The notes under the pieces were generated by a model. The model did not search any database. It was not told where the DNA came from and worked only from the letters and a program-made list of their open reading frames with translations. 64,000 nucleotides of DNA, taken from assembly GCF_001194135.2 (NCBI RefSeq), contig NC_068987.1:96250171-96314170 (forward strand), written 5' to 3'. How positions within the stretch are numbered: the first letter of the stretch is position 1; the number at the start of each line of letters is the position of its first letter. Positions 1 through 13,073 of the stretch are shown here, one piece after another. Position numbers and translations under genes: made by a program. This DNA is from Octopus bimaculoides (Eukaryota).

Positions 1-219
1 GTCTCTCTCTATCACTGGCTTTTATTTCAGTCATTTGACTGTCTCTCTCAATCACTGGCTTTTATTTCAGTCATTTGATTGTCTCAATCACTGGCTTTTA
101 TTTCAGTCATTTGACTGTCTCTCTCAATCACTGGCTTTTATTTCAGTCATTTGACTGTCTCTCTCAATCACTGGCTTTTATTTCAGTCATTTGACTGTCT
201 CTCTCAATCACTGGCTTTA
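1..219. repeat. 40-bp minisatellite, about 5.5 units
   Basis: Unit GTCTCTCTCAATCACTGGCTTTTATTTCAGTCATTTGACT repeated, one unit with a 4-bp deletion. Confidence 0.95.
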
Positions 220-229
220 TCTCTACCAT

Positions 230-520
230 CTGCCATTCATTGCCTTCTTCTTTCTCAATAATACTTCACAGTAGTGCAACTTTCTTAGAGCCACTGAACC
301 ATTCTTGTCTATTCATTCCAGCCTTCTTTGCTGTTCCAAATTCACTATCCAAGTCACACTCCCATAAATCATAGCACTTCTTAAAAATACAGCCCTAACT
401 TTTCCCTTCAGTTTCAGTAACACTTTCCTCAATAGCATGCCACAAGGGTCCCAGAATTTCTTCCATATGCACTTTAGCCACCATCTGATCCCTCTTCCTT
501 TTCCAAGCGATTGGCACTCT
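230..520 (-). mobile_element. RTE-type LINE reverse transcriptase fragment
   Basis: Translation ...KLKGKVRAVFLRSAMIYGSVTW...QQRRLE resembles the post-RT region of RTE-clade LINEs. Confidence 0.7.
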
Positions 521-1310
521 GTTGGTTGCAACGGCAAGGGTTTCAGTTGATCCAAACAATGGAACACCCTGCTTGTGAAATTAACTTACAAGTGGCCGAG
601 CACTCCACAGACACATATACCATTAATGTAGTTCTCAGAGAGAATAATGTCATTTTAAAAATAAACAAATCACATCATCGAAATCTTGAAGTTACAGGAT
701 AATGCATGATTAAGTCAAAACAATGTGAATAAATAAGCATTACATTTGACAGAGGAGTCTAAATGTTAACAGGTTAAAGATGTTTCTGAGAAAAACCATG
801 TGCACTGCTCCAGCTCTTCTCAATTAAACAGTGCTTGCTACATATACCTTTTACTCATTTTAGTCATTGAACTGTGGCCATGCTGGGACACACTTTGAAA
901 AATTTTTAGTTGAACAAATTGACCTCAGGGCTTTGTTTTTTTAAAATCTGGTACTTATGCTATCAGTCTCTTTTGCCAAACCACTAAGTTACAGAGATGT
1001 AAACACACCAACAAAGCTTGTCAACCAATAGGGTGAGGAACAGACACGCAACACGTACGCACACACACACACACAGAGGAGGCTTCTTTCAGTTTCCACT
1101 CACAAGGTTTTGGTTGATCCAGGGCTATTGTAGAAGACATTGCCCAAGGTGCCATACTGTAGGACTGAACCTGGAACCATATGGTTGGAAAGCAAACTTT
1201 TTACTGCACAGTCATGCTTGCACTTACATATACATATTTAAAAAAAGAAAAAGATAATGAGAGTAAATCAGAAATTAAAAGTTAGATGAAAGGAAAAGAA
1301 TAATACATAC

Positions 1311-1436
1311 TTGAGTTTTCGACATGTGTGAGCAAGATTGTTATGGAGGGTTTCCCATTTCTCTATTGTAATCTGGTTACTTACACAGCGGACCTTCTCT
1401 AAGGCATCCAAGAAATATTGCTCTGCTGTAGTATAA
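1311..1436 (-). CDS. CDC16: CDC16 exon 14 (last exon found in window)
   Basis: YTTAEQYFLDALEKVRCVSNQITIEKWETLHNNLAHTCRKL; GTATGT donor. Confidence 0.96.
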
Positions 1437-4259
1437 CTGCAAGAAAACAACAACAATAATGAAAATAATACAGTTCTATATTTAAGAGATGAGGAATTAT
1501 GTACATTATTTACATTTGATGGATATTTGTCCTCATCTTGTTTGTTGTTAACACGTTTCGGAGGGTATATCAGCCAAAATGTTGTGTTAAGAACAAACAA
1601 GATGAGGACAAATATCCGTCAAATGTAAATAATGTAAATAATGAAAATGATTGTTATGAGTAGCATCATTTCATTGGTTGTTCAATGTGGTTGAACAACC
1701 AATCTCAGCCAGTCAGGGTTCACAGCATGGGTTGTACTATTTGTCCTTTTGTTTGCTGAACGCAAAACTTTGCTTGAGAGACCTGTGGTCAGGTGATTTT
1801 TCTGAGTCACCATCTCATCCTTGTATGCTAATCTGTCACAAGGTTACCCGCTAACAGCTGAGTGAACTGGATCAATGTGAAATCTTTATCTTCTATCTTT
1901 TATCTGTTTCAGTCATTAAACTATGGCCATGCTGGGGCACCACCTGAAATTTTTTTTGTTGAATGAATTGACACCAGTACTTCTTTTTAAGCCTGCTACT
2001 TATTCTATCGGTCTGTTTTGCCAAACTACTAAGTTGTGGGGATGCAAACACACCAACACTGGTTGTCAAGCAGTGGTGGTGGTGGTGGGGGGGGGGACAA
2101 ACATAGGCAGAAAGACATGCACACACAATGTACTTATTTAATCAACCCCAAACGGATGAAAAGCAAAACCACCACCACCACCACCACTTTTGAAGGGAGG
2201 AACAAGTTGATTATATCAACCACAGTACTTAACTGGTGCTTATTTTAGCAACTCCAAAAGGATGAAAGGCAAAGTTGACCTCAGCAGAATTTGAACTCAC
2301 TATGTGAAGATCCAGGAGAAATACTGTTAAGTATTTTGTCTGATATACTAACAATCCTGCCAGCTCACCACCTTTGAGTGAGGGACATAACAACGTAAGT
2401 GAATGATAGCACCAAGACAAGTTGATATAACTAAAATAAACAATGGTGGATACAGTCTTTGACTCAGTAAATCAAATTGTTTTACATTTGAACTGATATA
2501 ATTATAAGTGTACTTACTCCTGGTTCTGGAAAGCAATTACTCCCATCTCATGAAGAACAAAAGGGTCTTCTGGAGCAATGGTCAATGCTTGACTAAAGAA
2601 TCTTTCTGCTAGTTTAGAGTTGTTGGTCAAACCATACTCCAAGCCAATGTACAAAACAGGTAGATGACAGCTGGAATGAATTTTATTTGAAAAGCATCAG
2701 AATAAATAGAGAGAGGGAAGAGTGTTTGAAATTGAGATATAGTGGTTATTGACACATAAATACTCAATGTTTAATTTCTGTAAAAATCACACAAATTGTC
2801 ATCAACTGATACAAATGTAAAAGTTCATCCCCTTCATTTCACATTACAAACACCAGGTTCACAGATCAATACATACAAGTACACTTGAACCAAAAAATCA
2901 ACTTGGCCACTACCACCACTACCAAAGATTAGAAAATACTAGCACTCAAGGTGACCAATACAAAAACACTCTGTTCAAGAGGAACATTAACTGTATCAAT
3001 CTCATCAGTCTTGGAGGGTCTGTGTTGCTATGGGTACAACCCCCTCCTCTGGATCAAATCAATAGAAAGAAAAACAATATACAATATACTTATAGCATCC
3101 TGACTCTATATATATATATATATATATATNNNNNNNNNNNNNNNNNNNNNNNNNNNNNNNNNNNNNNNNNNNNNNNNNNNNNNNNNNNNNNNNNNNNNTA
3201 TATATATGTATGTATATATATATATCATCATCCTCTTTTAATGTCCATTTTCCATGCTGGCATGGGTTGGATGGTTTGACTAGAGCTGATAAGCTAGAGA
3301 GCTGCACCAGGTTCCAGTCTAATTTGGCTTGGCTTCTACAGCTGGATGCCCTTCCTAACACCAACCACTTTACAATGTGTGCTGAGTGCTTTTCATGCCA
3401 TTGGCAAAGTGCCTATTACGTGGCACCAGCATGAGTGCTTTTTACATGGCAAGAGCACAGAACTCTTGCAGGCCAATCCTCTTCAACAGGGGATGCTGTC
3501 TCAACATTTCTACTGTGGAGGATGGGTCTTCTTGAGTACAGCAAGGCACCAGGAATCTTGATCCTTTGTCATTTGTCCAAAATATATATATATTAAATCT
3601 ATATACAGGGGTTGGACAAAATAATGGAAACCCCTAGTGTTATTCAAATGAAAATTACAATCAAAAGGGAGAGAACTGAAATTTCAACTGACTAAAAATA
3701 AATTTGAGACATGCAGAGAGAGAATTACAGGTCTAGGAAAACTGAAACAAGTCCAGAATCATCACTACATCTATGATAGATCAGGTTCACTCCTCTTGGG
3801 TTATCTTCATATAATTTTGGGTCAATTTAAATTCTCTCTCATCCCCTTTTTGTTGACTTAATTTTTATTGCGAGCGCTATAACATCGCTAAGATGAACAT
3901 AACTGATGTTTCAGTCAAGTCAACAGGGGAAGTTCTATGTTGTAACTCATCCTCCTAGAAATAGCAACCAAATATTTCTCCAATCACAGAAAGGCATTAA
4001 AAGTATAGTTTTAGCTATACTATCTTTTATTTTCTACCTGTTTCAGTCATTTGACTGCAGCCATGCTGGGGCACAGCTTTGAAAGGTTTCAGCTGAACAA
4101 ATTGACTCTAGTGCTTGTCATTTTTTTAAAGTCTGGTACCTATTCTATCAATATCTTTTTGCCAAACTGCTAAGTAATGGGGACACAAACAAGCCAACAC
4201 CAACTGCCAAGTAGTGGTGGTGGTGGGGACAAACACAAACACACAGACATATACATACA

Positions 4260-4315
<56 letters not shown>

Positions 4316-4569
4316 AGGATTTATTTTTCGTAATGAGAAAAAAAACCAAGGCTGTGTGCATTTATAAATGTTCTATAATGCAACACAGCCTTTTTTTTTA
4401 TCTCCTTACGAAAAATAAATCCTTATATTCACACACTGATATATGACCTACGTTGGACCCCTTATTCGCATAATCACCGAACCTGGAGCTTAACTGTGGT
4501 CTATCCATAGCACTTACTCAGCATTACCTGAAACCTCTGGGTCTAATTGACACTACTATCGCTGATAAC

Positions 4570-4601
<32 letters not shown>

Positions 4602-7600
4602 CACAGGCATCCAAGAGCTTCCGTCTACCAAATTCACTCTCAAGGCATTGATCAGTCCAAGAGTACAGAAGACACTTGACCAAGGTTCTGCATAGTGGAA
4701 GTGAACCTGAAACTATGTGATTGCAAATAAGTTTCTTAACCACACAACCATGCCTGTCCCAATTCTATCTGGAAGGAAAAAAAAAAATGATCATGGCTGG
4801 AATGCATTTTAACCACAGGATAATTTTGTTGTCATCAGTCTTGGATCAGGACTGATAACTGTCCAAGAATGCAGAAGTGACCAACACAATTATTACAAGT
4901 TACTGACCCTTTCATTAGCTGGGATGCTGTAAAATAAGCTGCCATAGCTTGGTCATGCTCTTGGTCTACTGCAAATGAGTGGCCGTATGCTAACCATGCT
5001 GGGCCATACATACGGTCTAACGTCGTAGCTTTCCTGAAAGAAGAGATTATACATACAAAGTTTTATATACAAATATAGATTTAATTAACATATTTATCCA
5101 TGTATATACCATATGTACGTTTTCCCAGATGTTTATACCTAAATATTAGGGATGCACATTATATGAGAACTAAACGCTACCCACTTAATGTGTTGCCATA
5201 TTTTTCCTGTCAAGAGCATTGGAAATAAACTACATTTTCCAAGCTAAATGAAGCATAATAAAGAGTTCAAAATTATTAAATAATGCTACATTTTCCTATT
5301 ATACTGATACTATTGGGTAAGAAAGAAAGTCCTGTTGCATTTCTGACATTAATCATTTTGAGGCTACTTTTTCAATACTAACAGTAGAATAAGCTTTAAC
5401 CTATTACATTAGCCATACCAGACACTGCATGTTGTGTGAATTGAAAAGAGGTTCATTAGCAATGGAAGCAGCAAGAAATATTTGTTCTGTCTATAGAAAT
5501 GAAGCTTTAAGTGTCTGGACATGCCAACAAGGATTTGGCCAGTTTTGCTAGGGAAATTTTTCTCTCACAGACTCCCCTCAATCAGTATGGCCAAGTTCTA
5601 TCAATACTGAACTTCTGAAAACTGTAGTTGAGGAAAATCTAAAGCAAACTGCACAAGAATTAGCAAAACATTTCAATTAAAATCACACGTCAATCATAAA
5701 ACACTTTTAAGAACTAAGAAAAGTGTCTAAACTTGGACAGAGGATCTCTCGTAATCTGACTGCTTCACAGCTTAAGAATCATTCTGTGCTCATCAATGAA
5801 AAGTACACTCACTACAAAACCTTTCCTAGGTAAAATCATTGCAAGTAATGAAAAGTGGGTTTGTAGCAATTATATCGAAAGAAAATGACAATGGTTAGCA
5901 CCCAATGAGAAAGGAAAAGCTATCCTCAAACCAGGACTACTGTTGAAAAAGTTAAGTTCTATGTTTAGTGGGATATGGAGGGTGTCATCCATCATGAAGT
6001 GCTTAAAATCAAACTGAAACAATTAATGCAGAGAAGTATTGTCATCAACTGGAAGCATTGCAAAAAAATTTTCAGAGAAAAAACACCCATTAGAGGTCAA
6101 CCATAAAGAGTGTGTTGCTCTTATATGATAATGCATGACCACATATTGCCCAAGCAATCAGGAAAAGTTTAATGATACTAAATATGAAAATTTTGCCGCA
6201 TCCTCCTACCTTACCACATATGACTACCATTTTTATCAGACCATTGCAACATTATTTAGAGGGGTTGGCGTTAGGAAGGGTATCCAGCTGTAGAAACCCT
6301 GCCAAATTTAGATTGGAGCCTGGTGTTGCCATCCGGTTTCACCAGTCCTCAGTCAAATCGTCCAACCCATGCTAGCATGGAAAGCGGACGTTAAACGATG
6401 ATGATGATGATGAAGGGGTCAAAAATGATATTGAGTGTTTCTTTGCTTTGAAACATGAAGAATTTTACCCATGAAGAATCAAGAATTTGCCAAATAGATG
6501 GGATTGTATTACCAATAATCATGGGGAAATATTACCTTGATTAACTATATCAATAAAGACCAGGGAAGTATTTGTTTCTTTCCCATCCTGAAATACAACA
6601 AAGGTTTCTTTCCGGCCTAAGATATTACATATTTGGGACAACTGGCAAAAACATGTCTCAAGGAATTACTATTGTCAAACTCCAGGATGGAAGGTGTCTT
6701 GCAAACAACTTGCACATGCAAGTGCTACCAGTCGAGAACTCCGCATACCGGAAGCCAGCAAATGTATGGGGTCATCAGGAGAGAATGAGCGCTGTTTCGG
6801 GGCCTACCTCTTGACAGCATCAATGCACACTGGCTCCCCTCACTGATATGAGGTCCTGCTTGCTAGATCAACTGGTGATTAAATATAGCTCAATATTTCT
6901 CTAGCTATCGCACATCATCTTTTTTAACCAAATCCAGTGGCTAGCCTTCTCCACGGTAGTTTGGATATCGGTCATGATGGTATTTACCTTTCGATGAGTT
7001 AGGCCTAACGATAACAACAGTTGTCTCTATGTACCATTATGAACAATGAGCAAAACAAAATAGCATGCAAGTGTGAAATTTTAGAGGATATCAAAGATAA
7101 CTCACGTTAGATATCTACGTGCAGGTTCATAGTTATTTATGAGCAAATAGTAGCAGCCAACAGAGAACCAGGCCACCTAGAAGTGAAAGAAATTGTTTTA
7201 AAAAATGATTTCAAGTATAAATGGTTGACTGGGTGAATAGACATCTCTTCTAGTGTCATCTTTATATTTTGAGAAGGGAAAGAAAATCCCAAATACCATG
7301 CTATGTAACCAACAGACTGGGAGAGTGATAGAGGAACATAGTACTTATCCCTATAGGGATAGATCTCTCTCTCTCTAGCTTTTATCTTTTATTTCTTTCA
7401 GTCATTAGACTGTGGCCATGCTGGGGCACTGATTTGAAGAATTTTTAGTTGAACGAATCGACCCCAGTACTTACTTATTCTATTGGTCTCTTTTGCCAAA
7501 CCGTTGAGTTACAGGGAGATAAAGAAACCATCACTGGTTGTTAAGCCACACAGACACACAAATCCACTTACAAGGCTTTGCTGAATAAGATCTGACAGGA

Positions 7601-7978
7601 TGATCATGAGTTGACTGTCTTTTAATCATAGACCTGCTCAATGAAAGTCATATGAGGCTAAACAGCAAGAGGCATAGAGAAAGTGAGTGGACAACGAAGA
7701 TAATGCAACGTGCTTGGATTCTCACGCAATTCCCATATAACAATAACATAAACACCTTATCCACTCAGCCACTTATTTATACTACAATGATAACTCACAA
7801 AAGAAAAAGTCAAAGTAATTCACACCATTTTAGTATTAAGAAAGCCATGTAAAACAAGCAAAAATACTTACTGGTTTAGTAGGATAGAGATCTACCAGTT
7901 TATGGGATAAGTAAAATAGCTCTGCAAACAAACAAACAAACAACATATAAACATATGAGGATTTACATTTTTAATACA

Positions 7979-8011
<33 letters not shown>

Positions 8012-11000
8012 CATATATACAAGTAAGCACATAAATGCAAAAGAAGGTGGAAAAAAACAGTACTCAAATACTGAAGGTAGAGTGATTTACAGCTTTAATA
8101 GAAAAAAAAAAACATACATACATACATATGTATACACATATATACACGTGTGTGTGTGAAGTGCAAATCTCTAATTTTAGAAGGAACCTGTGGAAGAGGG
8201 TAAATCCAGGATGAAGTGGAGAGAAAGGATCTTCAGACATTGGGCCTCACAGAGGAGATGATAAGAGACTGAGACTTCAAGCGATATGCTGTGCTTGAGA
8301 AGACATGTCAGGCTAAGTAAAAATTGTGACCATCCATACATACATTTGTCTTTTACAGCCAAGCCTCCCACTCCTTCTCTGTGGAAACGTCCTTGTCTTT
8401 GCCTTCTGAGTTTAAAAAGTGCCCAGGTCAACACTACTTTCTGTCCTGCCAAGATCAGTTAAGTAATCACTGGTGTTGATGTAGATGTAATTGACTATTT
8501 ATTAGAAGATGGTGCCCAGAATGGCCACAATCACAAGGGAACCTCTAAACAGTCACTCAACATGCTAAAAATAACAACAAAATCTGCACTGTCTCACATT
8601 CCAGTTAATTTCAATTTTGTACCATCTCATTAGAGTTCGGAAATGGGATTTACCTATTTTATTATTTTCTACTCTAGGCACAAGGCCCAAAATTTTTGGG
8701 GAGGGGGCCAGTCAATTAGACCAACCCCAGTATGCAACTGGTACTTAATTTATTGACCCTGAAAGGATGAAAGGCAAAGTCGACCTTGGTGGAATTTGAA
8801 CTCAGAATGTAAAGACAGACGAAATACCTATTTCGTTATTGCCCACAAGGGGCTAAACATAGAGGGAACAAACAAGAACAGACGAACGGATTAAGTCGAT
8901 TACATCGACCCCAGTGCGTAACTGGTACTTATTTAATCGACCCCGAAAGGATGAAAGGCAAAGTCGACCTCGGCGGAATTTGAACTCAGAACTTAACGGC
9001 AGATGAAATACCGCTAAGCATTTCGCCCGGCATGCTAATGTTTCTGCCAGCTCGACGCCTTATAATTTACCTATTTTATTGACTTATCAAAACCAACATC
9101 TTTTTCACCCAATTTTATATCTTTTACATATTTCAATCATTGGACTGTGGCCATGCTGGGGCACTGCCATGACCCTAGTACTTACTTTTAAGTCTGGTAC
9201 TTATTCTATCATTCTCTTTATCCAAACCACTAAGTTACAGAAACATAAACAAACTAATACTGATTGTTAAGTGGTGGGAGATGGACTAGACAAATGAAGA
9301 CACAAAACACACACAACAGACTTCCACACAGTTTCCATCAATCAAATTCACTGACAAGGCATTGGTTGGCCGGTGACTATAACAGAAAATATTTGCCCAA
9401 GGTGCTTCACAGTAGGACTGAACCCAAAATCACATGATTACCAAGCAAGCTTCTTAACCACACAGCCATTCCAGTGTCCAATGTCCATCATCTATTTACA
9501 TTATTGCTATGAAGTGGCTGGAGACAGGAAGAGTATCCAGATACAAACAATAAAAACATAACATCACCATCAACATTTAATGTCTGTTTTCTATACTGGC
9601 ATGAGTTTGACAGCTCGACACAAACTAGTAAGGCTAGGGGCTGCACCAAGTTCCATAGTCTGTTTTAGTTTAGTTTCTGCAGCTGGATGCCTATCCTAAT
9701 ACCAACCACTGAGCAGAGTGTACTGGATGCTTCTTATGTTGTCCCAGCACCAGTGCTTTTTGTGTGACACCAGCACCCACACAAATGCTTTTTACATGGC
9801 ACCTTGAAAATGAATGGAATGCCTGGTGTGTGTCTTGTTGTGGCTACCCCCTCTTATGAGGTATAGGCCTTGGTAAATGTACCTTGGTTTCAGGATATCA
9901 ATTCTGTTGTGGTGGGTGGGTCTTCTTGAGCACAGCAATATGCTACACATCCCTGTCATCTATCATCTCCTTCATAAGTCTCACCGTTTTGAGAGCAGCC
10001 TTCAGTACTTCGTTAGTTGTGTTCCCTGTTGAGTGACTCAAATAATATGTGGCAAGCAACTGTACTGGAGCAGACCCAACAGACCCATGAAACCCATGCC
10101 AGTTTGGAAAAACATGTTAAAATATTCATCATGATGATGTCTATATTAATGTTAGCATACATCCGTGTCCACTAACCCACTCTTTAAAGTTCACACATCC
10201 TTATGTTTTTGTAAATCATAGACTTGTCAAATATAATTTTCACTCACCATTTGACTTTTTTAGTTCCACTAAGACTGCAATGTGTAAAGGAAGACACAAA
10301 CTGTTGTAGGGATCTTTCTTCAAAACACTGAATGAAAAAGAAAGAACAGAAGAGAAAGTATATAAACTACAACAAAAGGAAAATAAACTGTATTGCCGAT
10401 ACTACAAGGCAAATTATTGATGTAGAATGGGCATAAGATGAATTGCATCAACATAAGACTATTTTCTTTGTACTTGATTTACTGACCAATTTAACCATTT
10501 AGCATTCAGATGACTATCAAATGTAATCACCACCATCATCATTATCATCGTTTAACATCCGCTTTCCATGCTGGTATGGGTTGGACAGTTTGACTGAGGA
10601 CTGGCAAGCCAGGAGGCTGTACCAGGCTCCAATCTGATCTGGCAAGGTTTCTACAGCTGGATGCCCTTCCTAATGCCAACCACTCTGAGAGAGTGTAGTG
10701 GGTGCTTTTTACATGCCACCAGCACGTAAAATAATGTTAATTTATATACATTATTGGGGTTTAATCATGTATTATCTCATAGCTTTGAGATTTTGATGAA
10801 GTGATTATTTTTAGAATGATATTGTCATGTAAGTGGGAGAAGTTGGTTCCAGCTTGTTTGGACATAAAACATATAGGATATTTTAACTGGATATAGCCAG
10901 TTTAAATGCAAAAGGGTTAAGGAAAACAATGCACTGAATTAACTCTAGATGTCAAAAACAACAATGTTAAACACATGCTGTGAGTCTTGATTTTCACAGA

Positions 11001-13030
11001 AAAGTGAATGGATTTATTACTTAAAAGGGCCAATTATTCAAGTTGTTCAAACAACTAAAACAAGCACTCAATGAATTATGATGTAAGTGGCTCACTATAC
11101 CATAGTGTGTTGGCACTCCGTCGCTTACGATGTTGAGGGTTCCAGTTGATTCAATCAACAGAACAGCCTGCTCGTGAAATTAACGTGCAAGTGGCTGAGC
11201 ACTCCACAGACACACGTACCCTTAACATAGTTCTCAGGGATATTCAGCGTGACACAGTGTAACAAGGCTGACCCTTTGAATTACAGGCGCAACAGAAATA
11301 GGAAGTAAGAGTGAGAGAAAATTGTGGTGGAAGAGTACAGCAGGGTTCGCCACATCCCCTGCCGGAGTCTCGTGGAGCTTTTAGGTGTTTTCGCTCAATA
11401 AGCACTCACAACGCCCGAAACTGCGAGTCCGCTGCCCTAATCACTGGGCCATTACGCCTCCACACTATACCATAGACACTTAATGTAATCTTCAAACAGA
11501 ATCAAAGTGATACCATATGTCACAAGCCTTAGCTCAGCAGGCTTCCCTGCAGTTTTTGGCAACTTATCTTCATTCACATGACTTTGATTAATCCAAGACT
11601 ATAAATAGAAGACTACTGCTCAAAGTTTTGCATGTTGGTATCAAACTTTGAATCTTCTGATTAGAAGGAGAACATCTTAACTACTCAACCTTACCTTATT
11701 TTCACTCATCTACCACTGACAATGGTTGAACTGGCACAACAGAGAAGTAACAAATAAACTACAACGCGTTTTACCTATGAGTGATGTTGTAACAACGAAT
11801 GAAATCACAGTTGTAATAATGACGTTCTGCAAGGTTCACTTCAACATCTAAATTGGTGGTGAAAGCTTCCAGTTGGTTAGGGATGTCCAGCTGCCCTGGT
11901 TTGTTGTACTGAAATCACAGGTAAATCAGAAATTTCAAACATGTATAGCACAAAAAATACACTCAAGGTAATCAAACATATGACACAACACAACAGCACA
12001 CACACACACAAGAAACAAAAAACAACACACACTCATAACAACTACACCAGAATGCCTACCTTTTTAAGTCGGTTTTCATAAAGAAATTTCACAAGGTCTC
12101 TCTCCTCTTCAGGACATTGATGATTAAATGGTAGTGATTCTAAAAGTTCCTTTTCTGGAGAAAAAAAAGAGAAAAAAAATTACATGAAATACTGTCACGC
12201 ATTGTAGTTTCAATAAGGAGTGATGTGAGTTCAGTCTCAGGCAGAGAGGTAATAGTACTATGTTCTGAAAGTTTGAGTGGGAGTATTAATTAATGGCTAG
12301 TAAAAGAGCGTGGTCTAGTTGTTAGGGTGTTGTACTCATGATTGCAAGATTGTGGTTTCAATTCTCACACTGGAATGTGCATCGATCTTTGAGCTAAACA
12401 CTTCATTTCCCATTGCTCCAGCCCATTCGACTGTAAATGAGCAGCCTGCAATGGACTGGCATACCATTCAGTGGGAATGTTGGGATTTTGGTCACTTATA
12501 TGCCCCAGATAACTAGGTAACAGGTCCTATACTTCCTAGGACATGAAGCAGTAATGTCCAGGATTCTTATCTATAATAATAAACATGAAATTCTGTCTGT
12601 GTGTCCATCTGGGACCCCTGTATCTCAGTCTACATTTGCTCTACATAGACATATACCTTTTTGAAATCAGGATGATCCCAGGATTGAAAATCTGCCCTTC
12701 ATTTGGTTCTTGAACATCCAGCATTGGGATCAGGTCTAGATGAGTATTCGTTATATGCTAACAGTTGAAAATTCAAATTTTAAAAGAACTCCTGAAATTT
12801 GTGAACTTACAACTTTTTCATTTAAACTGAATTTAAAGTAACACCATATTGGTAGGGTACCGATAAATGCTTTATTATTGATGCTCTGTTTAGTTTTGGG
12901 TCACAGGCCCAATTAGCACTCCGCGGGAGCTAGCTTAAAAGTCCACATGGAGTATGGCTTTTAAGTTAGTGAATGGATAAGACAATGGTATGACTCAAAG
13001 AGGTAGATGCAGAAAGATAATGGAAGGAGA

Positions 13031-13073
<43 letters not shown>

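Noticed and set aside
1-219. CRISPR-like array (also considered 32462-32577, 60160-60400, 61376-61478)
   Set aside because: The units are directly adjacent without unique spacers, there are no cas genes, and the context is eukaryotic with introns.
1-1310. Further CDC16 exons (expected next peptide like KYxEALxYHxQAL)
   Set aside because: No matching frame with splice sites was found; the region is repeats, so the remaining exons probably lie beyond the window edge.
6700-6810. Canonical hammerhead ribozyme in the HERO-like 3' UTR
   Set aside because: The strand before GAAAC (GGCCCC) cannot pair with the strand after CTGATGA (CCCC), and no GAAA follows the downstream hairpin. Kept only as an unexplained motif.
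6572-6814. 80-aa plus-strand ORF as a nested gene
   Set aside because: It is antisense to the retroelement 3' region, with no recognisable homology or splice support.
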